A DNA stretch of 64,000 nucleotides from Octopus sinensis (taxonomy: Eukaryota): assembly GCF_006345805.1 (NCBI RefSeq), contig NC_043007.1, forward strand, positions 17,236,001-17,300,000. The letters are read 5' to 3'. A program made the position numbers and the translations under genes. How positions within the stretch are numbered: position 1 is the first letter of the stretch; each line of letters opens with the position of its first letter. The notes below the pieces were generated by a model. That model was not told the DNA's origin. It made no database searches and saw only the letters and a list, made by a program, of their open reading frames with translations. Positions 35,439-48,669 of the stretch are shown in pieces.

Positions 35439-37609
35439 CATATACATACATACATACATGCATATATACATACATACATACATACATACATATGCATGCA
35501 TGCATACATAATACATACATGCATACATACATGCATGCATACATGCATACATACATACATACATACATGCATATATACATACATACATACATACATACAT
35601 GCATACATACATACATACATACATACATGCATATATACATACATACATACATGCATACATACATACATACATACATACATGCATGCATGCATACATACAT
35701 ACATGCATACATACATACACATACATACATAAATACATACATACATACATACATACATGCATACATGCATGCATACATACATACATACATACACACATAC
35801 ATACATACATACATACATACACACATACATACATACATACATACATACATACATACATACATACATGCATACATACATACATACATACATACATACACAC
35901 ACACATACATACATACATACATACATACATGCATACATGCATGCATACATGCATACATACATACACATACATACATAAATACATACATACATACATACAT
36001 ACATGCATACATGCATACATACATACATACATACATACATACATGCATACATACATACATACATACATACACACATACATACATACATACATACATACAC
36101 ACATACATACATACATGCATACATACATACATGCATACATACATACATACATACATACATACATAAATACATACATACATACATACATACATACATACAT
36201 ACATACATACATGCATATATACATACATACATGCATACATACATACATACATACATACATACATACATACATACATACATACATACATGCATACACACAC
36301 ACATACATACATGCATACATACATACACATACATACATGCATATATACATACATACACACATACATACATACATACACATACATACATACATACATACAT
36401 GCATACATACATACATACATACATGCATACATACATACATACATACATGCATACATAAATACATACATACATACATACATACATACATGCATATATACAT
36501 ACATACATACATACATACATACATACATACATACATACATACATACATACATACATACATACATACATGCATACATACATACACATACATACATGCATAT
36601 ATACATACATGCATACATACATACATACATACATGCATACATACATACATACATACATGCATGCATGCATACATACATACATACATACATACATACATGC
36701 ATACATACATACATACATACATACATGCATACATACATACATACATACATACACACATACATACATACATACATACATACATACATCATGCATGCATACA
36801 TACATGCATGCATGCATACATACATACATACATACATGCATACATACATACATACATACACACATACATACATACATACATACATACATACATACATACA
36901 TACATACATACATACATGCATGCATACATACATGCATACATGCATGCATACATACATACATACATACATACACACATACATACATACATACATACATACA
37001 TACATACATACATACATACATACATACATGCATACATACATACATACATACATACATGCATACATACATACATACATACATACACACATACATACATACA
37101 TACATACATACACACATACATACATACATACATACATACATACATACATACATACACACATACATACATACATACATGCATACATACATACATACATACA
37201 TGCATACATACACACATACATACACATACATACATACATACATACATGCATACATACATACATACATACATACATACATACATACATGCATACATACATA
37301 CATACATACCATACATACATACATACATACACACATACATACATGCATATATACATACATACATGCATACATGCATATATACATACATACATACATACAT
37401 ACATAAATACATACATGCATACATACATACATACATACATACATACATACATACATACATGCATATATACATACATACATACATGCATATATACATACAT
37501 ACATACATACATACATACATACATACATGCATATATACATACATGCATACATACATACATACATACATGCATACACACACACACATACATACATACATAC
37601 ATAAATACA
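35439..37609. repeat. About 2.2-kb degenerate (CATA)n tetranucleotide array
   Basis: CATA units interspersed with TGCA, CACA, TATA and TAAA variants; the source of all long YVCM/HTYI ORFs. Confidence 0.98.
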
Positions 37610-38668
37610 CGCTCTCTGTAAATGTATGTGTATATATAAATGTATGCGATTAGATTATGTATATCATTATTAATACTTGTGTATGTGTGTGTGCACGCGA
37701 TTTAAGACAGGGGCACATATACACGCTAGCATACACACACACACACGATTATTGTATATATATATTTGTCTGACTATAATAAAAACATCTGGTTTAGTGA
37801 CTATTATGAGTTCAAATCTCGCCGCTATATCTATTGCTATGCAAGTTTCATGGGTCCCAATGTTTACCAAGAATTATCCAGGAAAACGTTTCCCATTCAT
37901 TTTTCATTAATGCACAATTCAAATTTTCTCCCCACAAAAAGCAAGCTTTATGCAAAGAGATTTTTGCGTTGGAAGCAATCATATAAACGCGATAAATTTC
38001 CATCGAATTATATTTTCGATGAAACCCAATATTTCGTTATTTAATCTTGAGCAAATGTAAAGTGAACAGTTTTATCGAACTGCTGTCAATCAAAGTATAT
38101 TTATATGATCGAACGAATTCCGTAGATAAAACTGCGGCAATCTTTTGACAGTGTAACTTAAGTGCATTTTACACGAGGCATTTGCTAGTTTATCGATAAT
38201 GTGGAGATCGAAAGCATTCTGTCATTTTTTCTCCACTAGAACTGTGAGAATTGCAGAAAACACGAAGAATAAAATCTTTATGAAATATGTAATAATCTTT
38301 AAAGAAAAAGAACTTTATATTTTTAGCGCAGATTTGTTTTTTAAAAAATGAACTATTTTACAATCTAGGCTCAGCGGATATCAAAGAGGTGCGTTTGGGA
38401 ACAAAGATGTAGAGGTGTTGGCGAGAGCAGAGAATACAACTGATTACCTGTCTTTATGTGCAATGATAATGCGACCTTATTTAATGAAAAATGTAAACGA
38501 AAAGTAATTAAGAAGACGTACCGTATTTGATGACCTATAAAACGCACTTTAAAAAATGTCTCAAAAATTTACCCTGGAAGTTGAGCCTCACATAAGCTAG
38601 TTTTGTTCACTGACGCTAACTCCAATAGGTTAATTTTAATCCAGACTGTCTCTTCTACCTAGCGTGGT

Positions 38669-38670
38669 TC

Positions 38671-38740
<70 letters not shown>

Positions 38741-39279
38741 GCCCTGATGCAGTACCAGGCACTGGTTCTCATGGCTTCTGATCTTAACTGATTGGAAGTG
38801 TTATCATGTGCATTGTTTTGTCTTGGTATAAAAGATGAGCTACAGCAAATATTCTGCTCAATAGCACAGACTTGCTTATAAGTGGCTGACGATATGTGCA
38901 TCTCTGATCACGAGCAGAAGTAGTGGGGGAGCATCATAGCCATGTGTTGAAAGGAATTCTTGGGGGTTTGGATAATTCACTTTTGGAAATGTAGGTGCTT
39001 CATTCAACATCCTCAAACAACCCTTATTCAGGGACCTTTTGAGCAGGATGGGCTACTCGACCTGCAGAAAATTCTAACCGGGCCCCACCTGCAAGGTCAT
39101 TTGCTATTTATCTTGGTATGAGATCACAGTGTTGTGCACATATGGTTATGATGCATGTGCGTGGTGTACCCTTATCAGACGGGTAGTCATGATGGGTATA
39201 CTGGGCTTTGTGTATTTTACCCCAGTGTCACTTTGATGGCATGCACTGCTCTCTCACTCAATAATAATAATAATAATAT
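38669..39279. repeat. Unclassified putative repeat element bounded by (AAT)n tracts
   Basis: (AAT)n at 38669-38739 and about 39260-39277 flank about 520 bp of higher-GC sequence; class not determined. Confidence 0.45.
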
Positions 39280-39324
39280 TTCAAACCATCGAAGTCCTTA
39301 CCGAGCCTTAGGCTCATAACAGGA

Positions 39325-39580
39325 GTGGGGAGAATCCAGGATTTTTTTTGTGGGAGTGTTGCCTCAAAGTTTTTTGGGAGTTGCCCAAGAGTTTTTTTGG
39401 GTGTTGCACTCTAGCAGGCAGGTCGGGCAACACCTAGTAGGTCCGGCAACTCCTATTCTAGTAAGAGTTGACTCTCTTTTCCCCTTGACTGTTGCCCGAA
39501 AAACCCGATTTTTTTTGTGCTGGCTGGGCTAGAAAGGTTGTCGCCCGGGCAACTAAGGCAACACCCCTGCATTCGCCGCA
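39325..39580. mobile_element. Degenerate MITE with multiple GTTGCC/GGCAAC subterminal motifs
   Basis: Imperfect TIRs gggagaatccagg / cctgcattcgccg; about 10 GTTGCC-like motifs in both orientations. Confidence 0.5.
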
Positions 39581-39969
39581 GCATAAGGATAGTTTCCCAG
39601 ATTCTGGGACATATATACGCTCCTCACCCACTGGACGGAGCGCCGATCCATCGTAAGATTACTCATTGTTTTGCCAGCTGAGTAGATTACCAAATTCTGT
39701 CTATTTTCAAGAGAAGTCGCAACTAGTTACTTTTGAAGCCTTCTTTGAACAGTCACATGTCAGTTTACCAGAATAGACACAAATGCAGAAGAGTTGAAAT
39801 TAATGCATGCAAAATTTCACAGCTCCGGCGTCATTCCTTCACAATCAGCCTATGAACTTTCCCGCCCTCCCTCGTATAACCATGGCAAAAACCAAAGAAG
39901 AAATGTTGGTAGTACAATATCGAATATTTAAGATATGTCTAATATTCCATCACTTATAAAAACTATATT

Positions 39970-40268
39970 ACAAATATATAAAAGTGAAGTTGTGTGTCTG
40001 TCTCCTACGATTTAGATTCCTAATTACTCCCACATTTTGCGGTGCAGTTTAACCAAAACCGGGTATCTTATAGTCGTGATTCATATCGAGCCCTTCTGGG
40101 TATTAGCGCGCGTCTACGATGAGTCTACGATTTAAAAAAAAATTTACCATCACTTTTTTCCCATTTTTAATGCATTTTTTTTCTGTTATATAAGGGAAGT
40201 AACTCTCTAAAATGCTTATATAGTTATTTCCCTTACAACCCCGAGCAACGCCGGGCGATACTGCTAGT
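39970..40268 (-). mobile_element. Helitron-like element, subfamily B
   Basis: Interior matches the arms of 21349-22123; terminus gggcgatactgctagt. Confidence 0.75.
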
Positions 40269-40540
40269 TACAAATATTCCTGGTTTGCCTTGCTAACAAG
40301 TATTTTCTGCGGAAGCTTCAAGATTACGAGAGCACTTGAAAAAAAATTAATACTGACAAAATAAAGATTTTCTTTATTTGTAAACCACTTCGATACAGAT
40401 TCTACGAACAGCTGACGTTGACAAGTATGTTTTTTATCTGCATCAATGCTAGAGACACGATGTCTTACACGTCGCTTACAAAATTTCATGACCGATTCCC
40501 AAAGCCAGAAAACTACATAACGATATTTTTTTTTTATTTA

Positions 40541-40957
40541 TCTTTTATTCGTTTCACTCATCAGAGCGTGGCCATGCTGGAGCACCGATTTGAAAGGTTT
40601 AATTCAACAAATCGACACCAGTGCTTGTTCTTTTGTTTTTTAAAAAAGAAGTTTTTGTATTTATTCTATTGGTCTCTTGCCGAACTGTCGAGTTACGAGG
40701 ACGTAAATAAACCAACATTGGTTGTCAAGCGGCTGGAGAAACAAATACACACACACACACACAACACACACACACACATTCATACATACACAAAAAGCTT
40801 TTACATAGTTTCTGGCTATCAAATTCACCAACAAGGCATTGGTCAGTCAGAGGCTATAGTAGAAGACACTTACCCAAGGTGCCGCGCAGTGGGACTGAAC
40901 TCAAAATCTCATGATTACAAAGCGAGCTTCTTCACCACACAGCCATTCCTGCGCCTA
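40541..40957 (-). mobile_element. SINE family A copy
   Basis: Reverse-complement full-length copy. Confidence 0.85.
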
Positions 40958-40979
40958 CTGATGAAGAATTTACCCTACC

Positions 40980-41396
40980 TATTTCTTTACTACCCACACG
41001 GGGCTAAACGCAGAGAGGACAAGCAAGGACAGACAAAAGGATTAAGTTGATTATATCGACCCCAGTGCGTAACTGGTACTTATTTAATCGACCCCGAAAG
41101 GATGCAAGGCAAAGTCGACCTCGGCGGAATTTGAACTCAGAACGTAACGGCAGACGAAATACCTATTTCTTTACTACCCACAAGAGGCTAAACACAGAGA
41201 GGACAAACAAGGACAGACAAAAGGATTAAGTCGATTATATCGACCCCAGTGCATAACTGGTACTTATTTAATCGACCCCGAAAGGATGAAAGACAAAGTC
41301 GACCTCGGCGGAATTTGAACCGAGAACGTAACGGCCGACGAAATACGGCTACGCATTTCGCCCGGCGTGCTAACGTTTCTGCCAGTACGCCGCCTC
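40980..41396 (-). mobile_element. SINE family B dimer with a 17-bp TSD
   Basis: TSD gaagaatttaccc(t/g)acc at 40963-40979 / 41397-41413. Confidence 0.9.
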
Positions 41397-42244
41397 GAAG
41401 AATTTACCCGACCAGCAGACAAATGAGGTTCTACGTGTCGTGTTGCATAAGCCAGCAACTGAGATAATCAATATTTTGTGTGTGTGGTGCATTTATATAA
41501 ATGCTGCGATGATTTGATGAAACGGGCAGGAAGATGGAAGACGCGTTATGCAATTTTTTGAGGCCTGACCAACTTTCGTTATAATTAGATGAATCATATC
41601 TATTACATGAAGCGTTATTGTCAGTTTATGTTTGGTTGATAAAGAAACTAATGCAAAAATTAATTGCCAGACATTTGATAACAGACACTGAGAGTCGGCA
41701 CTTCTTGTTTGTGGTGTTTTTTTTTTTCTTTTTAAAGAAATTGAAATTTCTCTTAAGAATATGACAGCTGCGACTGATAGACCTCGTCGATGGAGTGTGT
41801 GTGGTGGGGTGGTTGCCATCATGAATTAATTATATACTTTAAAAAGTCAGGACCGGAATGTATTGGTAGTACATTGGTAGTACATTGGTAGTACATATTG
41901 TGATTCGTCGACATTCAGAAAGATAAAAGAAGAAAAAAAAAAAACCTTTGCGATCGTTTGCACCACTAATTAGAATATGTGCGTGACGCTAATCAACAAA
42001 GCCAGAAACAATTGACTCAATGACAAATTATTCAATTATTCAGATAATTGTGTAAGCAAAACAACGAAGAATTTAATCATTTCTATTCGTTGATTATCGA
42101 AGGGTGTCTGTCAGCGTCGATTTTATTGTCTTTTAGCTTTTTGCATGCGCAAAGCATTTTCATAAGTTTGTCCTAAATATCCCTGCTTGTTTTCGGACCT
42201 CAGTTAACCCTTGTCTCATATGTTTTGAGTAATATAAAGCTTTC

Positions 42245-42697
42245 GGATCCTTTCGGTTTGAACGGCAGTTTTTAAAATAATTTCTAGGTAACTAAAAAAC
42301 TTTAAACTTCGTATACTGGTAGAATGTGTTTATAAATATAAAACATCTTTTTCTCTTGGCTTTATTGAAAAAAATCTATAGTATGTAAGATATTTGTTGT
42401 TTTTTTTTCTTCAATTTCTGTAATTTCAACCAATCACTGAGGTCTATTGAGGTAAAAAAAAACAACATTCTGTACCGTATGAATATGTCCCTCGTTTAAG
42501 AAACAGATTGGGTTTATTTACATTTGTGAAGAAAAAAAGATACCCTTCCCCCCACCCCTAACCCTAACTAACCTAACTAACCCTAACCCTAAAATTGATT
42601 GAAATGCAATAGATCGATACTTGGGCCCTCATACTTATGGGCGACAATTTCATATGACACCGCTAGAAAAAAACTGCTGTTCAAACCGAAAAGATCC
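42245..42697. mobile_element. MITE-like TIR element with internal (TAACCC)-like repeats
   Basis: TIRs ggatcctttcggtttgaacggcagtttt / aaaactgctgttcaaaccgaaaagatcc; inverted copy at 47016-47433. Confidence 0.85.
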
Positions 42698-43394
42698 AAG
42701 ATTTCTTTTTATAAGTCCCAAGTTAGTCTGGAGGCTGAAAAAATGGGAATACGTATCATGTTTGATGTATGGATACCAAGGAAATCTCCTGTGTATTACG
42801 TCGTGATACACAAGATAAACAAAGGGTTAGAGATTGTCCTGGAATTCTTTGAGAAACACATGTGAGACAACTTCTGTTTAACAGCCGTATAACTTATATG
42901 TGAGATTTATATTTCGAGTTTCATGAAATGAATTTGAAACTGTAAAAAGAGATAAAAAAACCCCCAAATTTGTAATATCAATACGTATTAATTTCAAGTC
43001 ATATTCTGTTAAAAAAGCAAATTAGAACGTGGAGAATTCGATTAGATTTTATCAGCCTATGCGATTTTCTACATTGAAAGAAAAAACAATTACACGAGAA
43101 TTACATTAAGTTTACTGTCATCATTTGGAAACGTTACTCAAAGATTTCTTCAAACGATTTGAAAACTTTATCTCTATGACGATTCCGGATTGAGTTTCAG
43201 ACAAATTGACAAGTATCGGGAAATCTAATGCAATTACTAAAGAATTGAATGAATTAAAGACCGACGAAGATTTGAAGTTCAAATGTAAGAACAGAGAGAA
43301 CAGATATTCATCGTTTCTAGTTGCAGAACCAAATTACAATTTTTTTATCTTGGATTAAGGGCAGTGATGAAAATCGTTCTGATTAACTACGTTT

Positions 43395-44010
43395 ACGTTG
43401 TAATATTCGGTTGAATTTAGGCACAAGGCCGACAATTTTGAGGAATGAAGTAAGTCGATACCATCGACTGGACTGGTACATTATCTTATCGACCTCAGAA
43501 GGATGAAAGGCAAAGCTGATCTTGATGGGATTGAACACCGCATATAATGAGCCGGAACAAATACCGCAAAGCATTTTCCGAACGCTCTAACGATTCTACA
43601 CGCTGGTCGTCATGAACAACAACAACAACAACAACAACAATAATGGTTTCGAAATTTTCCACAAGGGCAGCAATTTTGTGGGAGGGGATAAGTCGATTAC
43701 ATCGACCTCCAGTGTTTAACTGGTATTTATTTTATCGACCCCGAAAGGATGAAAAGCAAAGTCGACTTCGGCGGAATTTGAACTCAGAATGTAAAGACGG
43801 ACGAAATGCCGCTAAGCACCTTGCTCGGTTGCTGACGAAACTGCCAGCTCGCCGCCTTAGCAATAATAATGATGATGATGATGATAATAATAATAATAAT
43901 AATAAATGGTTTCAAATTTTGGCACAAGGCCAGCAATTTCGGAGCTGGGGATTAAGACGATTACATCGACTTCAGTGCTCAACTCGTACTTATTTTATCG
44001 ACCCCAAAAA
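43395..44010 (-). mobile_element. Cluster of three SINE family B-related copies with an alternative 3' end
   Basis: They share the family B head and core but end in ...tgtgccaaaatttgaaacca(tt)n-type tails. Confidence 0.7.
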
Positions 44011-44513
44011 GAAAGAAAGCAGTTGTTCAACATAACTCTGCAAGTTCGCAATGTTCGGACACTGGGCAAGTGCACGCAGAACGATTTCATCACTCAGCAC
44101 GCATCTCGGATTTGTCCGTCTGACGGCAGTTCCGTGTCTGCAGAGTTTATCTTTGACCGGTAGTGTCTCCCACCGGGTAGCTCCCCCACCCTTGGTATCA
44201 CTACAGGCCAAGAATTTCGGAATGTTACCTACAGTAATCCCCGATTCGAAAGTCCCCCGGAACACTCTAGTTGCCTCGTTTTCGTCGACGTCCATAGTAT
44301 CACGCAGAATTACGACACTTCTCCATCACTAACCCACTAAGGTTGCTAGACACGAACTTCTACCAATCCCATTGCTTGACTGGAAAAGGGCAGTGAGCGT
44401 CTGACAATATTTCAGATGACAGACGCCAAGTTTCAATTTTTGTGACTGCATCCACTCACCGCCTAGGAATATCTGCATGTGGTGCTCTTCTTCTTCTTGT
44501 CTTGAGACAGCAT

Positions 44514-44830
44514 TCACCCAGGGTGGGTTGAGCTGGCTTCATTCATCCTCAATGCTGCATCTCTCACAAACGCCGACCAGGCCTGGCGATTTGAGACTAA
44601 CGACCGCGTGATCTCCAACCACTCCTTATTCCAGCGGCGAATGCCATACACATAGGGGCCTAGGTTGGGTTCCAGATCAGCCTTGACTGTCATCAGCCAG
44701 GTTTTTCGTTGTCCACCACATGCATGTGGTGCTCCCGACCGTGTGGTCAGCGCACCAACAATCACGGCCTGCCTAGCCCGCCGCATGGAAAGTGCTAGCA
44801 ATAGATGAACCATCAGACCACTGAAATGTG
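44514..44830 (-). pseudogene. RTE-type LINE 3' end relic
   Basis: Translation GGQRKTWLMTVKADLEPNLGPYVYGIRRWNKEWL...NRQAWSAFVRD resembles RTE ORF C-termini. Confidence 0.65.
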
Positions 44831-45291
44831 TTTTTTTTCCCCCAAGAAACCGAAGAGAAGACGATCCAGTCTAGTCAAACGGTAATTCAGGCAAGGCATG
44901 ACGGTTGAGTGGTAAATGTTAATGGAAGTGATATAAGCGTTCGCAATCTCTGCTCAACCTTTTAGGGATAACTTCCTTTCGGACTATTTCTGAGAAAGGC
45001 GAGCCACCCTGTTCGTTATATCGTTCCAATTGCAGGCCACTTGAAGGACCCCTAGTGTTTAAACTGATTCATCGGTCCAGAACCCCACGATACCATTTGA
45101 CAGTACGGACTTGCGTCTCTAAGTACAGAGCTGTAAGCTCACCAACATGATTGAGCTGAATTTCGATCCTGATACCGTTTTGTATTCCTTTACAATTGTA
45201 CCGACTGCGCCCCCCACTTCGAAGGTGTTCGACATCATGACGATGATGTCGTCCGTATATACTAACTCAGTTCCTCTTGCGTTCCAGTTCT

Positions 45292-45686
45292 GCGAGCCGG
45301 CAGAATCGTTAGTACGCCGGGGAAATGCTTAACGGTATTACGTCTGCCGCTACGTTCTGAGTTCAAATTCCGCCGAGGTCGACTTTGCCTTTCATCCTTT
45401 CGGGGTCGATAAATTAAGTACCAGCTACGCACTGGGGTCGATATAATCGACTTAATCCGTTTGTTTGTCCTGGTTTAGTCCCTTGTGGGTAGTAAAGAAA
45501 TAGGTATTTCGTCTGCCGTTACGTTTTGAGTTCAAATTCCGCCGAGGTCGACTTTGCCTTTCATCCTTTCGGAGTCGATAAATTAAGTACCAGTTACGCA
45601 CTGGGGTCGATGTAATCGACTTAATCCGTTTGTCTGTCCTTGTTTGTCTCTTCTGTGTTTGGCCCCTTGTGGGCAATAAAGAAATA
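45292..45686 (+). mobile_element. SINE family B dimer
   Basis: Junction ...aaagaaata|ggtatttcgtctgcc. Confidence 0.88.
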
Positions 45687-46209
45687 AGAAGTTGCTAAAC
45701 AAGTCTAGCGTGAGTTTGTAAAGTTCGTAGGACAGACAATCGAAACCAAATAACTTGCACTTCATGCAACTGCTCAACCACTCCTTTATTTCACTTGCTG
45801 TTATCGGCCTTCTGCACACTTCGCTTTTGCCGTGAGTTTCAGGAGGTTATCGGTGTGAACATTTCCGTGTCTAATCTATCGCTTCCCTCAAACAAGCGAA
45901 CGAAAGCCACACACTTCTACTTTGAAACCGAGTAAGCAAGTGCCTGTCTTGACCCACCAAAGACCGGATTGTAGTTTTATTGTTCCGCCGTGTCTCCGTT
46001 ACTTGGGCCCGTCGAACAAGTTTTGTTCTCTTGTGTTTCAGCACAATTCAGCCTTCGTGTTTCGCCCGGCAATGTAGGTGTTTTAACACCCTAGTCACAT
46101 CTAGTGACAATTATATATATATTTCACTACCACTTTTACAGCAGCCGCTGACCGGTTACGCTAATCTACCTCCGACAAAAGAGAGCAGTCGCCAGATTCC
46201 CTTCCATAT

Positions 46210-46303
46210 CGGCTAACTCTGATGAGCGCAAAGTTATATAATCGGATTGTTACCTAATACGCTATTGTATCCTTTACGCGAAACCGATTGGTTAGATCAG
46301 CTG
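46210..46303 (+). ncRNA. Candidate type I hammerhead ribozyme
   Basis: CGGCTAACT-CTGATGA-GCGCAAAG-(38 nt)-CTTTACGC-GAAA-CC-GATT-GG-T-T-AGATCAGCTG: intact core, 7/8-bp helix II, 3-bp helix III, imperfect helix I. Confidence 0.6.
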
Positions 46304-46409
46304 TGATGGATATTTAATATTTGTTAGTTTGCGGGTCAGCTGCGTTTTACACACACACACACACACAGACACACACAGAGACACACACACACAGACACAC
46401 ACACACACA

Positions 46410-46449
<40 letters not shown>

Positions 46450-46450
46450 C

Positions 46451-46819
46451 ATAGGCGTGGCTGTATGGTAAGAATCTTGCTTCCCAACCACATGGCAAAT
46501 GTCTTCTACGATAGCCTCGGGCCGACCAAAGTCTTGTGAGTGAATTTAATAGACGGAAACTGAAAGAAGCCCGTCGTATATATATAGCATCTGTATCTAT
46601 GTGTGCGTTTGTGTCTGTATTTGTCCTCCCACCATCGCCAGACAACCGATGTTGGTGAGTTTACATCCCCGTAACTTAGCGGTTCGCCAAAAAATAGACC
46701 GATAGAATAAGTACTAGGCTTACAATGAATAAGTCCTGGGGGTCGATTTGTTCGGCTAAAACCCTTTAAAGCAATGCTCCAGCATGGCCCCAGTTTAATG
46801 ACTGGACTGAAACAAGTAA
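46451..46819 (+). mobile_element. SINE family A copy
   Basis: Head, core and tail present, with an internal deletion. Confidence 0.85.
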
Positions 46820-47015
46820 CGGTGTAACGGAGTGTAAAACGTTTAAGAGGAAGCCAACATAACGAGAAAAGAAATAACAAAAATAAAAGCCATGACAATC
46901 TGAACGAAGATGACGGAACTGCTCATGCGTGATGCAGGACGAAGGAAGTGAATAACAAAACACGACGAAATTAAATCCTGGATCGCTGATTATATAAACA
47001 AAAAAAACCGAACTG

Positions 47016-47433
47016 GGATCTTTTCGGTTTGAACGGCAGTTTTTTCTAGCGGTGTCATATGAAATTGTCACCCATAATTATGACCCTAGTATCGATCTAT
47101 TTTAGGGTTAGGGTTAGGGGTAGGGGAAGGGTATCTTTTTTTCTTCAGAAATGTAAATAACCCAATCTGTTTCTTAAACGAGGGACATGTTCATACGGCA
47201 CAGAATGTTGTTTACCTCAATGGAGGTCATTGATTGGTTGAAATTGCAGAAATTGAAGAAAAAAAAAACAACAAATATCGTAAAAAAACTATAGAATTTT
47301 CTCAATAAAGCCAAGAGAAAAGCCAAGTGAACAAAGATGTTTTATAAACACATTCTACCAGTATACAAAGTTTAAAATTTTTTAGTTTCCTAGAAATTAT
47401 GTTAAAAAACTGCCATTCAAACCGAAAAGATCC
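47016..47433. mobile_element. MITE-like TIR element with (TTAGGG)-like repeats (inverted relative to 42245-42697)
   Basis: TIRs ggatcttttcggtttgaacggcag / ctgccattcaaaccgaaaagatcc; contains tagggttagggttagggg. Confidence 0.85.
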
Positions 47434-47570
47434 TGGAATTTAACCAGTGATAATACAGAGATAAAATATAAAAAATAAATATGAGAAACAGGAAATTCTA
47501 AAGGTGGAAATCATAACCATGACAATCAAGGGCGAAAAATGTTACGATTAATTAAAGCGGGAAATGGTTT

Positions 47571-47930
47571 CAGGCGTGGCTGTGTGGTAAGAAGCTTGCT
47601 TCCCAACCACATGGTTCCGGGTTCAGTCCCACTGCGTGGCACTTTGGGCAAGTATCTCCTACTAAAGCCTTGGGCCAACCGAGGCTTTGTGAATGGATTT
47701 AGTAGACGGAAACTGGAAGAAGTCCGTCATGTATGTGTGTGTCCACATCACTCCTTGGCAACCGGTGTTGGTGTATTTACGTCCACGTAACTTAGCAATT
47801 CGGCAAAAGAGACCGATAGATTAAGTAATAAACTTAAAGTTAAGTACTGAGGTCAATTTCTTCGACTGTATCCTTCAGGCAGTGCCTTAACATGGCTGCA
47901 GTGCAATGACTTAAACAAGCAAAAGCTAAA
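47571..47930 (+). mobile_element. SINE family A copy
   Basis: Full-length family A structure. Confidence 0.85.
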
Positions 47931-48275
47931 ATATAGAAGACAAAAATAGAAAATGGAGTGGTACTACTGGCTGTATGCAGCTACCATGTAGAGGTCTCCC
48001 TCAACGTCTCATACATATATACATACATAAGATAACACGGTGTGATTTGAGGGAGATTTTGCTAGCATTTCTCAAAGGATAAGCTACCATATAGAGGTCT
48101 TTCACATACATTACATAACAGTATGGGAAGGTCTGTTGGAGTCTCCACTCGATCGCTCGCGTTGTTTTAAATGTTTGGCTTTAAATACGTTGCTATAGGC
48201 ACGACTACATCTGATTGGTTGAAATTCCCTCAAAATTTCAATTTATAAACTTTCGTAACGTTTTTTTAATTATTA

Positions 48276-48669
48276 ACTAGCAGTATCGCCTGGCGTTGCT
48301 CGGGTTTGTTTCGACTCTTTAGAATTGGAATTTTTGAAAAGTAAAAATGTTGCATTATGTAGCTTGTTATTCTCTTTAAGTGAACATTTTTCTGGTTGAA
48401 ATACATCGAAAAATGGCGACACAGCAGTCAAAAAATCGTAAAAAATAGGGATTTTCATAGAAAAAAAGCACCTTTTTGATGTAAATTATTTTTGGTGTTA
48501 ACATAGTTCGATTTGAATTTTTTCTTCTACGGAAGGAAGAGCAAGCCTTCTTCTATCATACTCTCAATTTTGGTCAACTTGCGCCGCAGGGTCTCGGAGG
48601 AGATAGTGTTAGTTGAAGGCTACCAAACCTGCCATACACAGACAACTTCAGCTTTATAGAGAGAGAGAT
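48276..48669 (+). mobile_element. Helitron-like element, subfamily A
   Basis: Colinear with the reverse complement of 3245-3638. Confidence 0.7.

Noticed and set aside
35149-37653. Very long ORFs (up to 817 aa) on both strands
   Set aside because: They are translations of the (CATA)n/(TATG)n array, which lacks stop codons; no domain content.
41865-41900. Three copies of the 11-mer attggtagtac, and a 30-bp direct repeat at about 6648-6765
   Set aside because: Simple local slippage duplications with no further structure.
43990-44332. Overlapping 101-aa and 93-aa ORFs in GC-richer DNA
   Set aside because: No identifiable domain; probably decayed retroelement sequence next to the RTE relic.
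45700-46100. Minus-strand peptides GETRRL / VTETRRNNKTTIR reminiscent of a GIY-YIG nuclease or Tc1 N-terminus, next to the hammerhead
   Set aside because: Too short and degenerate to call by eye; needs a profile search.
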